A stretch of DNA of 64,000 nucleotides, from the NCBI RefSeq assembly GCF_044324875.1, contig NZ_CP172185.1, one strand, 5' to 3'. Both the position numbers and the translations under genes were made by a program. Each line of letters opens with the position of its first letter. Within the stretch, counting starts at the first letter, position 1. Origin of the DNA: Escherichia coli (lineage in GTDB: Bacteria; Pseudomonadota; Gammaproteobacteria; Enterobacterales; Enterobacteriaceae). This document shows positions 12,795-24,889 of the stretch, in pieces. The notes under the pieces were generated by a model. That model did no database searches. It saw only the letters and a list, made by a program, of their open reading frames with translations, and was not told where the DNA came from.

Positions 12795-13150
12795 GCAATA
12801 GAAAGATTCCTGTTATTTGTTTATGTCGATACATTACCCAATGGAAATAGTCACTTTTTTCTACCCTAACATACTGAGAATCTGAGGCAACCCCTGATGG
12901 CAAATGTGGCATGAATATTGATGTGAGCAAATCGCCGGAATTTCCCATGATATAAGGGCTGAGAGCAAATCGAGAAAAGTTGATATTTTTTGTCAAAGAT
13001 AGCGAAAAAACGCCTGAATATTGTGGTTTCAGGCGAATAATGCAACAGAGTGTCAGTGTAGATCACCACAAAATATTTGCGTGATAAAAAGCTATTTGGT
13101 GGGAATTATTTCCCTGCTGCGGGTAGTGATATTTTTGAAAAATAACACCC

Positions 13151-14119
<969 letters not shown>

Positions 14120-16264
14120 TTAAAGTGCACACGAGACGCAGCCTTCAATTTCAGTGCCTTCCAGCGCCATCTGACGCAGGCGGATGTAATAGAGCGTTTT
14201 GATACCTTTGCGCCAGGCGTAAATCTGCGCTTTGTTGATATCGCGAGTGGTGGCGGTATCGGGGAAAAACAGCGTCAGCGACAGCCCCTGATCGACATGG
14301 CGAGTCGCTTCCGCGTAAGTGTCGATGATCTTTTCTGCGCCAATTTCGTAAGCGTCCTGATACAGCGCCAGATTCTCGTTAGTCATAAACGGGGCAGGGT
14401 AGTAAACGCGTCCTGTTTTGCCCTCTTTGCGTATCTCTACTTTCGCCACAATCGGATGAATACTCGACGTAGCATGGTTGATATAAGAGATAGAACCGGT
14501 TGGCGGCACCGCCTGAAGATTCTGGTTGTAAATGCCGTAGCGCATCACGTCGTCGCGCAGCTGCGCCCACATCTCACGGGTAGGTAACGTAATACCGCTA
14601 CGGGTAAACAGTTCGCCAACTTTCGCCGTTTTCGGCTGCCAGTTCCCTTGCAGATATTGGCTAAAATATTCACCACTGGCATAGCGTGACTGTTTGAACC
14701 CGGCGAAGGTTTCACCGCGTTCGCGCGCCAGCAACATCGAGGTACGCAGTGCGTGCCAGGTGATGGTATAGAAATAGAGATTGGTGAAATCCAGTGCTTC
14801 CGGCGACCCATAAGCGATGCCTTCTCGCGCCAGATAGCCGTGTAAATTCATCTGCCCCAGTCCGATGGCGTGTGAGGCGGCATTTCCGGCTTCGATGGAC
14901 GGCACGCTGCGGATATGACTCATATCTGACACCGCCGTTAAACCGCGCACGGCAGTCTCTACCGTGCGGGCAAAGTCGGGGGAATCCATGGTGTGGGCAA
15001 TATTCAACGAACCTAAATTGCAGGAAATATCATGGCCTGTGCGGGCATAGTCGAGATTCTCGTCATACTCTGAGGCGCTGTTAACCTGCAAAATTTCTGA
15101 GCAGAGATTGCTCATATTTATGCGCCCGGCGATAGGGTTAGCACGGTTAACCGTGTCTTCATACATGATGTAGGGATAGCCGGACTCAAACTGGATTTCT
15201 GCCAGTCGCTGGAAGAAATCACGGGCGTTGAGGTATTTTTTGCGGATGCGTTCATTGGCAACCAGTTCGGCATAGTGTTCACTGATGGCGATATCAGCAA
15301 ACGGCTTGCCATAAACCCGCTCAACGTCATAAGGCGAAAACAGTGCCATCTGCGCATTCTCTTTTGCCAGATGGAAAGTGATATCCGGGATCACCACGCC
15401 CAGCGACAGTGTTTTAATGCGGATTTTCTCGTCGGCATTTTCCCGTTTCGTATCGAGAAAACGCAGAATATCGGGATGATGGGCATGTAAATAGACTGCG
15501 CCAGCACCCTGACGCGCGCCGAGCTGGTTGGCATAGGAAAATGCGTCTTCCAGCATTTTCATCACCGGAATCACGCCAGAAGATTGATTTTCAATACGTT
15601 TAATTGGCGCGCCCGCTTCCCGCAGATTCGACAGCAAAAATGCCACGCCGCCGCCGCGTTTCGACAGTTGCAGTGCGGAATTTACCGCCCGGCCAATCGA
15701 CTCCATATTGTCTTCAATACGCAGTAGAAAACAGGAAACCAGTTCGCCGCGCTGCTGCTTACCGCAGTTGAGGAATGTCGGCGTGGCTGGCTGAAAGCGT
15801 CCTGACAGCATCTCATCAGTGAGCTGCGCCGCCAGTGTTTCATCGCCTTGTGCCAGCGTCAGCGCCACCATCGTGACGCGATCGGCAAAATCTTCCAGAT
15901 AACGCTTACCGTCGAATGTCTTCAACGTATAGCTGGTGTAAAACTTCCATGCTCCGAGGAATGTCTGGAAACGAAACCCGCTGGCGTGCGCGTGGGCAAA
16001 CAGCGTAATGACAAAATCGCGAGAGTAGCGATTAAGGACACTTTCATCATAGTAACCTTCGTTAACCAGCCAGTTCAGGCGCTGCTGCTGGCTACTGAAG
16101 GCCACACTGTTCGGACGCACATGCGTCGCAATAAAGGCGTCAACGGCCTGGCGGTCTTTATCGAACTGAATGCGACCTGCGCTATCGTAAAGGTTAAGCA
16201 TCGCATTCAGAGCGTGATAATCCATCGTTTCCTGCGTCAGGCGTTCTACGGTTGTCGTTGCCAA
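14120..16264 (-). CDS. nrdE: Class Ib ribonucleotide reductase alpha subunit
   Basis: 714-aa ORF, TTG start overlapping the nrdI 3' end; recognised as NrdE. Confidence 0.95.
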   Translation of the reverse strand: MATTTVERLTQETMDYHALNAMLNLYDSAGRIQFDKDRQAVDAFIATHVRPNSVAFSSQQQRLNWLVNEGYYDESVLNRYSRDFVITLFAHAHASGFRFQTFLGAWKFYTSYTLKTFDGKRYLEDFADRVTMVALTLAQGDETLAAQLTDEMLSGRFQPATPTFLNCGKQQRGELVSCFLLRIEDNMESIGRAVNSALQLSKRGGGVAFLLSNLREAGAPIKRIENQSSGVIPVMKMLEDAFSYANQLGARQGAGAVYLHAHHPDILRFLDTKRENADEKIRIKTLSLGVVIPDITFHLAKENAQMALFSPYDVERVYGKPFADIAISEHYAELVANERIRKKYLNARDFFQRLAEIQFESGYPYIMYEDTVNRANPIAGRINMSNLCSEILQVNSASEYDENLDYARTGHDISCNLGSLNIAHTMDSPDFARTVETAVRGLTAVSDMSHIRSVPSIEAGNAASHAIGLGQMNLHGYLAREGIAYGSPEALDFTNLYFYTITWHALRTSMLLARERGETFAGFKQSRYASGEYFSQYLQGNWQPKTAKVGELFTRSGITLPTREMWAQLRDDVMRYGIYNQNLQAVPPTGSISYINHATSSIHPIVAKVEIRKEGKTGRVYYPAPFMTNENLALYQDAYEIGAEKIIDTYAEATRHVDQGLSLTLFFPDTATTRDINKAQIYAWRKGIKTLYYIRLRQMALEGTEIEGCVSCAL

Positions 16265-16647
16265 AATTCGGTTACTCCTTTACGAACGTTTTCGATATCG
16301 CTTTGCGTACCCATGAGTTCAAAGCGGTACAGCCACGGCACGCCGCATTTCCGGGCTATCACATCTCCGGCGCGGCCATACGCCTCACCAAAGTTGCGAT
16401 TACCCGAAGCAATAACGCCGCGCAGCAACACCCGGTTGTGCTCGTCGTTTAAAAAGCGAATGACCTGTCGTGGCACTGCGCCAGCCGTACCGCCGCCGCC
16501 GTAAGAGGGCACGATCAGGATGTAAGGCTCGTCTACCTGAATCCGTTCCCGCTCATTGAGCGGGATGCGCACCGCGGGCAGTCCTAAACGTTCGATAAAA
16601 CGCTGCGTATTTTCGGAGCTACTGGAGAAGTAGACGAGCTGGCTCAT
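16246..16647 (-). CDS. nrdI: Flavodoxin-like NrdI
   Basis: 133-aa [24 protein letters not shown]...; ends at a TAG inside the nrdE start region. Confidence 0.9.
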   Translation of the reverse strand: MSQLVYFSSSSENTQRFIERLGLPAVRIPLNERERIQVDEPYILIVPSYGGGGTAGAVPRQVIRFLNDEHNRVLLRGVIASGNRNFGEAYGRAGDVIARKCGVPWLYRFELMGTQSDIENVRKGVTEFWQRQP

Positions 16648-16889
16648 GCACTGGCCGCGTGTGGTGCTGGATGCAGACGGTTGATCATGTCCGGGCGGAA
16701 ACCAGACCAGCTAAGATCGCCAGCAATCACTACCGGCAACTGACGAAAGCCCTGAGCACGCAGCACTTCCGCCGCTTCAGGAACGCGATCGACATTAATC
16801 ATTTCAAAGTCAAAGCCCCGGGTTTCCATCGCCCGTTTGGTGGCGTGGCACTGAACGCAATCGTTACGAGTGTAAATAGTAATGCGCAT
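16644..16889 (-). CDS. nrdH: Glutaredoxin-like protein NrdH
   Basis: 81-aa ORF with the CVQC redox motif; 4-nt overlap with nrdI. Confidence 0.93.
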   Translation of the reverse strand: MRITIYTRNDCVQCHATKRAMETRGFDFEMINVDRVPEAAEVLRAQGFRQLPVVIAGDLSWSGFRPDMINRLHPAPHAASA

Positions 16890-17074
16890 GATTCGTATTT
16901 CCGTTTAAAATGAAGATACGGCGCGATGATACGCGTCGGGTTGTCTCTCTGTTGATACAGAGATACTAGATGTAGTTGAAAAAAGATTCAACCACACAAT
17001 ATATAGCAAATAGTGGTCGAAATTACCCTGGGTATGAGCGTGACGGGGTAGGGGGATTTTTGTGATTCACCAGG

Positions 17075-17105
17075 CAAAAAGAAACCCCGAAGCCAGGCTT
17101 CGGGG
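17075..17105 (-). terminator. Intrinsic terminator downstream of ygaM
   Basis: CCCCGAAGCC..GGCTTCGGGG hairpin followed on the minus strand by TTTCTTTTTG. Confidence 0.5.
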
Positions 17106-17136
17106 TCAAAGACGCGTATTTATTATCATTATTGCA

Positions 17137-17466
17137 CTACGATTTGCGCATGCTTAACAGTGCGCCGATAAAAATACCTACCGCAGCTGCTGTACCCACG
17201 CTACACCAGGGTCTTTCACGAACAAAAGAATCCGCGCAGCCAACGGCATCGCGTGCGACTTGCTGGACGCGAGTACGACCATGCATTCGCGCCCTGGTTT
17301 CTTTCAGTAGAGCCTGCGCTTTACTGCGTGCGGCTTCAGCTTCCCCTTTGGCGTCGCTGCCCCAGGACTTCAACACAGACTCGAGGCTGTCAGCTAATTG
17401 ATTGACATCATTCTGGATATCCTGCACGCCATCATCAACGTCGTTGCGGTTCGGTCGGTTAAACAT
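17137..17466 (-). CDS. ygaM: ElaB/YqjD-family membrane-anchored ribosome-associated protein
   Basis: ORF 17137..17478; start set at MFNRPNRNDVDDGVQ (109 aa); C-terminal TM anchor. Confidence 0.85.
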   Translation of the reverse strand: MFNRPNRNDVDDGVQDIQNDVNQLADSLESVLKSWGSDAKGEAEAARSKAQALLKETRARMHGRTRVQQVARDAVGCADSFVRERPWCSVGTAAAVGIFIGALLSMRKS

Positions 17467-17617
17467 ATGATCCCCCATTAGAATTCGATGTAATTTTCAG
17501 TGTAGACCATAATTTTCTTAACTGAGGTTCATCGCGGCTTTATGGACTTTTCTGAAAGCGTTGTGAATGCGCAATCAGGTAAGGTAGGCCCGCGGTTGAT
17601 AATAACGAGGATCAAAT

Positions 17618-17962
17618 ATGTATTTACGACCAGACGAGGTGGCGCGCGTACTTGAAAAAGTCGGTTTTACTGTCGATGTGGTAACCCAGAAAGCGTATGG
17701 TTACCGCCGTGGGGAAAATTATGTCTATGTTAATCGTGAAGCACGAATGGGACGTACCGCCCTGGTAATTCATCCAACATTAAAAGAACGTAGTTCGACA
17801 CTGGCTGAACCCGCTTCCGATATTAAAACTTGCGATCATTACCAGCAATTTCCGCTCTATTTAGCGGGTGAACGTCATGAGCATTACGGTATCCCGCATG
17901 GCTTTAGTTCGCGTGTTGCGCTTGAACGTTATTTGAATGGTTTATTTGGCGAAGCCAGTTAA
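17618..17962 (+). CDS. ygaC: Uncharacterized protein YgaC
   Basis: 114-aa ORF in the conserved position between ygaM and alaE. Confidence 0.8.
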
Positions 17963-17998
17963 AGACGCGACTGGCGATGCCAGTCGCGAAAAGAAGGG

Positions 17999-18448
17999 TC
18001 AGGCTTTTACCTGCTGGTAACGGCTGACTTTAAACAGTCGGCGGCAATAATCGAGGAAGTAGCCATAAACCGCCCCCATCAACATCGAAACAACGATGTT
18101 TGAACTGACCGCCGCCATAATCTGATGCCAGTCTGCGCCCACCACTAACAAGATCGCCACATACACCGGTGACTGGAACGTCACATAAGCCATGATATCC
18201 GCCAGATTTTTTATCCAGCCCGACGGGCTAACTTTGCGTGCTGCGCGCATAAACAGATCGCGGTACATACCGTATGGCCATGCAATTAAGATGTTCACCG
18301 GAATCGCTACCAATCTGGAATAAAAAGATTGTTCGAAGCTCATTCCGGAGAGGAAAACTTCAATACACATGTTCACGACAGAACAGTAAACAACCATCGC
18401 GAACGTATCTGCAACTGCATGACGCAAGCGTGACTGCGGTGAGAACAT
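17999..18448 (-). CDS. alaE: L-alanine exporter
   Basis: 149-aa ORF with four hydrophobic segments; recognised as AlaE (YgaW). Confidence 0.88.
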   Translation of the reverse strand: MFSPQSRLRHAVADTFAMVVYCSVVNMCIEVFLSGMSFEQSFYSRLVAIPVNILIAWPYGMYRDLFMRAARKVSPSGWIKNLADIMAYVTFQSPVYVAILLVVGADWHQIMAAVSSNIVVSMLMGAVYGYFLDYCRRLFKVSRYQQVKA

Positions 18449-19115
18449 GCTAATGCTCCTTAATAAAGGCGTAATGGGATGTTAATGGAGATGAAAGCAG
18501 TGGATCTCATTGCCATCTGCATTTTCGCATAGCGTATATCGCTGGCCATGACTAATCAATTAGTGAAAAATTTTTATTTAGTCAGTTTTTGTAGATAAAA
18601 TATTCCGTAACGGCGCGTTTTTTGTACATTGTGGATTTTTACATGCCGATATGATTTATTTTTAATTAAATCAATTAGATATGGGCTTACCTTTAATTTC
18701 ACTAATGAAAGTTTGGGGGTGAGGTAACGCTATAAGCGTAGAGAATTCGGTGTATGTCGTGACCGGGTCATTTTCAGCATTTTTTATGCCAGACAATGTA
18801 CATTAACAGCAGAAAGCACCAGTGAGGGACGTTTTCTTTTATTCAGTTTAATTGCATTTTTATTCTCTTTGGTTTTGTCGGGCTTGCGGAATTAGCGAGC
18901 AGAGAGCGCCGCTCTGCTCACCAATAACCTAAATTACTCATCAAAATGGCTAATATATAATCTTGAAATTATTCTGAGAGTTTCAGAAAATAACAGCTGA
19001 AATAATCTCGTGCAGGACTGTAAATAGATTAAATTTTGTGGAAATATAATAAGTGATCGCTTACACTACGCGACGAAATACTTTTTTGTTTTGGCGTTAA
19101 AAGGTTTTCTTTATT

Positions 19116-19520
19116 ATGTCCGTAATGTTACAAAGTTTAAATAACATTCGCACTCTCCGTGCGATGGCTCGCGAATTCTCCATTGACGTTCTTGAAGAAA
19201 TGCTCGAAAAATTCAGGGTTGTCACTAAAGAAAGACGTGAAGAAGAAGAACAGCAGCAGCGTGAACTGGCTGAGCGTCAGGAAAAAATTAGCACCTGGCT
19301 GGAGCTGATGAAAGCTGACGGAATTAACCCGGAAGAGTTATTGGGTAATAGCTCTGCTGCTGCACCACGCGCTGGTAAAAAACGCCAGCCGCGTCCGGCG
19401 AAATATAAATTCACTGATGTTAACGGTGAAACTAAAACCTGGACCGGTCAGGGCCGTACACCGAAGCCAATCGCTCAGGCGCTGGCAGAAGGTAAATCTC
19501 TCGACGATTTCCTGATCTAA
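19116..19520 (+). CDS. stpA: H-NS paralogue StpA
   Basis: 134-aa [36 protein letters not shown]... with the C-terminal [12 protein letters not shown]-binding motif. Confidence 0.95.
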   Translation: MSVMLQSLNNIRTLRAMAREFSIDVLEEMLEKFRVVTKERREEEEQQQRELAERQEKISTWLELMKADGINPEELLGNSSAAAPRAGKKRQPRPAKYKFTDVNGETKTWTGQGRTPKPIAQALAEGKSLDDFLI

Positions 19521-19566
19521 TTACTGAGGCCGGATGCCGCCGCTATGGCGCGTCCGGCGTCGCTTC

Positions 19567-20091
19567 TCAAGCTCGTTGGTTCCAAGGCATCTTATCTAAC
19601 AACCTTGCCATCCCACAAAAACCGCTAATTCCTGCAAACAGTAACCCGGCACCAACAAAGCCGCTTAATAAGAAGAAACCGCTATTTACGGTATAACCTA
19701 GTATAACTCCGATTAATATTAAACCACCCGCAGCGATCTGCACCTGGCGCATTAACGGCAAGGGTTGAGATTTATTTACCGCTACTGGTAATCCTGCTTT
19801 TTTCCAGCCATCAATCCCATCTTCGAGTAAAAAGATTTCTGCGGGGGCGGCAATCGCTGCTAATTTATCGGCGTTATTACTGGTGCGTTTACCTGCCTGG
19901 CAGTGGAATATAATTTGCTCGCGACGTAATTTAGCCGGAAGACCTGACTGTTCCAGCACGGATAATGGAGCCAGATCTGCTTCAGGAATATGTTCACGAA
20001 GATATTCATCAGCGTCACGAATATCGATTAACTTTGCGCCGCGTGCGATTAATTCTTGTGCATCATGCGGCGAAATGGTTGTCAAAGCCAT
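19567..20091 (-). CDS. ygaP: Rhodanese-domain inner membrane sulfurtransferase
   Basis: 174-aa ORF with a rhodanese active-site Cys loop (CQAGKRT) and two C-terminal TM helices. Confidence 0.88.
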   Translation of the reverse strand: MALTTISPHDAQELIARGAKLIDIRDADEYLREHIPEADLAPLSVLEQSGLPAKLRREQIIFHCQAGKRTSNNADKLAAIAAPAEIFLLEDGIDGWKKAGLPVAVNKSQPLPLMRQVQIAAGGLILIGVILGYTVNSGFFLLSGFVGAGLLFAGISGFCGMARLLDKMPWNQRA

Positions 20092-20100
20092 AGTGACTCC

Positions 20101-20400
20101 TTACGGACAATAGACATTTTTCAGGGTGGCGATAATGGCATTTACCGCCTCATTTTTAATGGAATATAGAATGCGTTGGGCATCCCGTTGGCTGTCGATA
20201 AGCCCTTCGTCCCGCATACGAGCGAGATGCTGTGATGTCGCAGAGGCACTCAGTCCGGTAATGCGCGTCAGCTCTCCCGCGCTGGTGCCGGGGGAACCGC
20301 TAAGCATGCACAGAATCAGCAACCGTTTAGGGTGGCTCATTGCTTTCAATAAGGCCGCTGCCTGTTCGGCACTGGCCTGTAATTGCGCGAGTTCAGTCAT
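20101..20400 (-). CDS. ygaV: ArsR-family transcriptional regulator
   Basis: 99-aa ORF with an ArsR/SmtB HTH; upstream of and co-oriented with ygaP. Confidence 0.88.
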   Translation of the reverse strand: MTELAQLQASAEQAAALLKAMSHPKRLLILCMLSGSPGTSAGELTRITGLSASATSQHLARMRDEGLIDSQRDAQRILYSIKNEAVNAIIATLKNVYCP

Positions 20401-20582
20401 ATTTATTTAAGTATTTTCTAAATTAAGCAAACTCTAAACTAAAAATGCAACATATACCAGCCTCAGCAGCGTAAATGAGAGTAAAAGCGTAAGCTGAAAC
20501 TGGCAGGCTCCGCTAAAATTACTACGCTTAAGAGATAAAATCTCTTTTTAAACAATGAGTAATTTTCTTATAGGGAGTACAT

Positions 20583-20741
20583 ATGGGTTTCTGGAGAATC
20601 GTCATCACCATCATTCTGCCGCCGCTCGGCGTGCTGCTCGGTAAAGGGTTCGGTTGGGCGTTCATTATTAATATTCTGCTGACACTGCTTGGGTATATCC
20701 CCGGTTTGATTCACGCTTTCTGGGTGCAAACCCGCGATTAA
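20583..20741 (+). CDS. yqaE: Pmp3/UPF0057-family small membrane protein (52 aa)
   Basis: Read directly: ATG at 20583 to TAA at 20739-20741 gives MGFWRIVITIILPPLGVLLGKGFGWAFIINILLTLLGYIPGLIHAFWVQTRD; below the 60-aa cut-off of the ORF track. Confidence 0.75.
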   Translation: MGFWRIVITIILPPLGVLLGKGFGWAFIINILLTLLGYIPGLIHAFWVQTRD

Positions 20742-20824
20742 ACCTGTCCTCACCCCCGCGGCGTTAACGCGCCGCGTTCCTCTGCTACACTTTCTGAGTG
20801 TTTCCGTTAACGAATGAGGTAGCT

Positions 20825-21274
20825 ATGGGTCTGTTCAATTTTGTGAAAGATGCCGGAGAAAAACTCTGGGACGCGGTTACAGGTCAGCACGATAAAGACG
20901 ATCAGGCGAAGAAGGTGCAGGAGCATCTGAACAAAACCGGTATACCTGATGCCGATAAAGTGAATATTCAAATTGCCGACGGCAAAGCGACGGTCACGGG
21001 TGATGGCCTGAGTCAGGAGGCGAAGGAGAAAATCCTTGTTGCGGTGGGGAATATTTCCGGTATTGCCAGTGTCGATGATCAGGTGAAAACGGCGACACCA
21101 GCCACTGCCAGCCAGTTTTATACCGTTAAGTCTGGCGACACTCTGAGTGCCATTTCCAAACAGGTCTACGGTAACGCTAATCTGTACAATAAAATCTTCG
21201 AAGCGAATAAACCGATGCTAAAAAGCCCGGATAAAATTTACCCGGGGCAAGTGTTGCGTATTCCTGAAGAGTAG
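20825..21274 (+). CDS. kbp: Potassium-binding protein Kbp (BON + LysM domains)
   Basis: ORF 20798..21274; start set at [15 protein letters not shown] (149 aa); C-terminal LysM ([31 protein letters not shown]). Confidence 0.9.
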
Positions 21275-21937
21275 TTAATTGCCAGCCATCGCCTGCTGAA
21301 TAATGGGAATTGGCGTCAGTAAATGCTGGCGCATTAACTCACTGGCGCGCGCGGTATCTCGCGCCAGTACCGCCGCAGTCAGGGTCTGGTGCTGATCGTG
21401 TTTATCTTCCAGCATTTCCACGGAAAGCACCGTTCGCCGCAACCAGATGAAGCGATAGCGCGCCGCCAGATCAAACAACCGTTCACGCATTTGCAGCAAA
21501 TAGTGAGAACCACAGCCTGCCACAATTGCAGTATGAAATGCCTGATGACGCAGATCCCACTCATCAAGCATTTTCTCACTGGCGTCACAGGCCTCCAGCT
21601 TACTGAGCAGATGCGCTTTTGCGAGAACGTCTGCCTCCCATTCATCGCCACCGCGGGCAATCGCCAGACTGACCAGCATCGCTTCCATATTGGCGCGGGC
21701 GTCGAAAATATCGAGCAGCTCCTGCTCTGACATAGACGCCACCCGATACCCTTTTTGATTCACCACCGTGACCAGTCGTTCTGCTACCAGTTGCGAAAGC
21801 GCTTCCCGCAACGGCCCAACGCCAAGTGCATAACGCGATGTCAGCAAACTCATCCGTAATTTTTCATCCGGTTGAAAGTTTCCGCGAATAATATCGTTCT
21901 TCAGCCAGCGATAGCCATCCAGAGACGTAATGGTCAT
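21275..21937 (-). CDS. csiR: GntR/FadR-family repressor CsiR
   Basis: ORF 21275..21955; start set at MTITSLDGYRW (220 aa); downstream of gabP. Confidence 0.9.
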   Translation of the reverse strand: MTITSLDGYRWLKNDIIRGNFQPDEKLRMSLLTSRYALGVGPLREALSQLVAERLVTVVNQKGYRVASMSEQELLDIFDARANMEAMLVSLAIARGGDEWEADVLAKAHLLSKLEACDASEKMLDEWDLRHQAFHTAIVAGCGSHYLLQMRERLFDLAARYRFIWLRRTVLSVEMLEDKHDQHQTLTAAVLARDTARASELMRQHLLTPIPIIQQAMAGN

Positions 21938-21957
21938 GGTGTGACTCCTGATCATTA

Positions 21958-23358
21958 TCAGCGCGTATTATGAACGGGTGTTTTTTGCCACAATACCAGC
22001 TTTTTCCAGCGAGCCATAATTGGCACGGTACAGATAATCCCTATCGCTAATAAGCCGGTGGAGATCACTTCTAACTGTTGCGCCGGGCGGAATAGCATCA
22101 CTACCAACACAAAGGTAATAAAGCCGATGACCAGCCAGGTGAGCCACGGATAAAGCCACATCCGCAGGCGAATTTCGCTTCCTTCTGCTCGCAGAATTTT
22201 GCGCATCCGCAATTGTGAAACGGCGATGACTAAATAAACCAGCAGGGCGATAGCGCCGGAGCTGTCGATCAGAAATTTAAACACTTTCGCAGGCGCGTAA
22301 TAATTCACCACCACCGTTAAAAATGCCGCACCGGTCGAGAGTAATACCGCCACATACGGGGTTTTACTGCGGTTGATTTTACCCATTACCGCGGGAGCAT
22401 CACCGCGACGGCTTAAGGAGTAGAGCATTCTGGAAGCGGTATACAGCGCCGAGTTCAGGCAACTGGTTACGGAAAGTAATATCACGCAGTCCATGATTAA
22501 TTTCGCATGGGGAATATTGAGCAACTCCAGAACCGAGCGATAAGATCCAACGGCTTTCAGCCCCGGCATATTCCACGGTATTAATGCCACGACGACAAAA
22601 ATAGAGCATAAATAGAAGATAGAAATACGCCAGATAACCGAGTTGGTGGCGCGGACAATATGTTTTTCCGGCGTGTCAGATTCCGCGGCGGCAATGGTGA
22701 CAATTTCTGCGCCCATAAACGAGAACATGGTGATCAACATCGCGCTTAATACTGCGCCGAAGCCGTTGGGCATAAAGCCGCCGCTATCCCACAATCTTGA
22801 GATCCCGCTCACTTCGGCATAAGGGTAAAAACCGCTAATTGCGACTGCACCAAGGAAAATAAAGGCCAGGATAGCGATGACTTTGCACAGTGCCAGCCAG
22901 AATTCAAATTCGCCGTAGTTTTTAACGCTTAATAAATTACTGCCAGTTAAGGCGAGGGTAATGACGAGGGAAAATAACCAGATGGGAATGCCTGGAACCC
23001 ACGAGTGCAGGATCATGGCGGCGATGTTGGCTTCCAGCGGGATAACCAGTACCCAAAACCACCAGTACAACCAGCCGATGGTATAGCCCGCCCAACGACC
23101 AATAGCTTTATCTGCATAGGTGGAAAACGAACCCGTGTCGGGCGTGGCAACCGCCATTTCCGCCAACATCCGCATAATCATAACCACCAGTAATCCGGCG
23201 AACAGATAGGCCAGTAATACCGCCGGGCCCGCTTCGGCGATGGCGACGCTGGAACCGACAAACAGACTTGCGCCGATAACACCGGCAATAGACAACATGG
23301 TGACGTGGCGTGACTTCAGCCCGCCGCCTAACTCATGTGGTTGCGATGATTGCCCCAT
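21958..23358 (-). CDS. gabP: GABA permease (APC family)
   Basis: ORF 21958..23421; start set at MGQSSQPHELGGGLKSRHVTMLSIAG (466 aa). Confidence 0.93.
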   Translation of the reverse strand: MGQSSQPHELGGGLKSRHVTMLSIAGVIGASLFVGSSVAIAEAGPAVLLAYLFAGLLVVMIMRMLAEMAVATPDTGSFSTYADKAIGRWAGYTIGWLYWWFWVLVIPLEANIAAMILHSWVPGIPIWLFSLVITLALTGSNLLSVKNYGEFEFWLALCKVIAILAFIFLGAVAISGFYPYAEVSGISRLWDSGGFMPNGFGAVLSAMLITMFSFMGAEIVTIAAAESDTPEKHIVRATNSVIWRISIFYLCSIFVVVALIPWNMPGLKAVGSYRSVLELLNIPHAKLIMDCVILLSVTSCLNSALYTASRMLYSLSRRGDAPAVMGKINRSKTPYVAVLLSTGAAFLTVVVNYYAPAKVFKFLIDSSGAIALLVYLVIAVSQLRMRKILRAEGSEIRLRMWLYPWLTWLVIGFITFVLVVMLFRPAQQLEVISTGLLAIGIICTVPIMARWKKLVLWQKTPVHNTR

Positions 23359-23463
23359 CCTGAATCCTCTCGAAAGTGTGTCACTTGGGAGAGCGCCCCG
23401 ACATTTCCCGCGTCGGGTCACGCGTGTAATTGTTATTGGTTCTTTTTACCGGAGAGCGGCTCC

Positions 23464-23586
23464 GCCTTATCCGGCCGACATAGATTTATTCCTGTTCACG
23501 TACAGATTGTCGGATGCAGCGTAAACGCTTTATCCGACCTGGATTCGCGTAGGCCGGACAAGACGCGCAGCGTCGCCTCCGGCATG
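23464..23586. repeat. REP/BIME palindromic units in the gabT-gabP spacer
   Basis: GCCTTATCCGGCCGACA, TGTCGGATGCAGCGTAAACGCTTTATCCGACCT and GTAGGCCGGACAAGACGCGCAGCGTCGCCTCCGGCATG resemble REP consensus (GCCGGATG..CTTATCCGGCCTAC). Confidence 0.65.
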
Positions 23587-23595
23587 GGTACGGAT

Positions 23596-24876
23596 CTACT
23601 GCTTCGCCTCAGCAAAACACTGGCTGATGATCTCCAGACCCTGACGGATCTGAGCGTCTTCAATGGTGAGCGGTACAAGGATGCGCAGCACGTTGTAATA
23701 CGGGCCGCAGGAGAGAAGAATCAGGCCTTTATCGCGGGCACGCGCCACGATCTCGGCGGTGAGTTTGGCGTCCGGTTTGTTGTGATCGCCATCCTCAAAC
23801 AGCTCGATAGCGATCATCGCTCCCAGCCCGCGTACGTCGCCGATCTCAGTATGTTTTTCGGCTATCGCCAGCAATCCGTCTTTCAGTTTCTGCCCCAGAT
23901 CGTTGGCTTTTTGTAGCAGATTTTCCTGCTCGAATACCTTTAACACTTCCAGCGCTGCCACGCAGGCAATCGGGTTACCGGCATAGGTGCCGCCCAGACC
24001 GCCTGGAGCGACGGCATCCATCACTTCCGCGCACCCGGTGACGCCCGCCAGCGGGAAGCCGCCCGCGATCGATTTCGCAAAGGTGGTAAGATCCGGCGCA
24101 ACGCCCATCTGCTCCATCGCAAACAGCGTGCCGGTACGCCCCGCGCCGCTCTGCACTTCATCGGCAATCAGCATGATCCCGTGCTCGTCACACAGCGCGC
24201 GTAAACGCTGCATAAAGGCTGGCGTCGCGGCGTAGAAACCGCCTTCGCCCTGAACGGGCTCAATCACGATGGCTGCGATATCTTCCGGCGCGGCGTCATT
24301 TTTAAAGATCCGGTGGATGCTGGCGATAGCGTCATCTTCACTGATGCCGTGCAGCGGGCAAGGATAAAGCGCGCGATAAACATGGCCTGGCATCAGCCCC
24401 ATACCCGCAGAGTACGGATTTACCTTGCCGGTCAGCGCCAACGTGTAGTGCGTACGCCCGTGATATGCACCGCTAAAGGCGATGGTCCCGCTGCGTTTGG
24501 TGGCGGCGCGGGCGATTTTCACCGCGTTCTCCACCGCTTCAGAACCGGTCGTTACCAGCAGCGTTTTTTTGGCGAAATCTCCCGGCACCTTCTGATTCAT
24601 AATCTCGCACAGCTCCAGATACGGTTCGTAAGCCAGCACCTGGAAGCAGGTGTGCGACAGCTTTTTCAACTGCGCTTCCACCGCCGCAACCACTTTCGGA
24701 TGCAGGTGCCCGGTATTGAGCACCGCAATGCCGCCCGCGAAATCAAGATACTCACGGCCTTCAACGTCCCACACCCGGCAGTTTTCCGCGCGGTCAGCGA
24801 AAATGGGGTGAATTTGCCCAACGCCACGAGGAACTGCCTGACTACGGCGCTGCATTAACTCTTTATTGCTGCTCAT
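23596..24876 (-). CDS. gabT: 4-aminobutyrate aminotransferase (PLP-dependent)
   Basis: 426-aa ORF recognised as GabT. Confidence 0.95.
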   Translation of the reverse strand: MSSNKELMQRRSQAVPRGVGQIHPIFADRAENCRVWDVEGREYLDFAGGIAVLNTGHLHPKVVAAVEAQLKKLSHTCFQVLAYEPYLELCEIMNQKVPGDFAKKTLLVTTGSEAVENAVKIARAATKRSGTIAFSGAYHGRTHYTLALTGKVNPYSAGMGLMPGHVYRALYPCPLHGISEDDAIASIHRIFKNDAAPEDIAAIVIEPVQGEGGFYAATPAFMQRLRALCDEHGIMLIADEVQSGAGRTGTLFAMEQMGVAPDLTTFAKSIAGGFPLAGVTGCAEVMDAVAPGGLGGTYAGNPIACVAALEVLKVFEQENLLQKANDLGQKLKDGLLAIAEKHTEIGDVRGLGAMIAIELFEDGDHNKPDAKLTAEIVARARDKGLILLSCGPYYNVLRILVPLTIEDAQIRQGLEIISQCFAEAKQ

Positions 24877-24889
24877 TCGCGTTCTCCAG

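Noticed and set aside
20568-20753. 61-aa minus-strand ORF in the track
   Set aside because: It is antisense to the well-supported 52-aa plus-strand Pmp3-family gene yqaE, and its product is hydrophilic low-complexity with no RBS.
21958-23421. Upstream-extended starts reported by the track for gabP (and similarly csiD, lhgO, nadK, proX, aroF, grpE, rpsP)
   Set aside because: Internal Met codons give N-termini matching the known proteins and have better-placed RBS; the extensions are untranslated leader read in frame.
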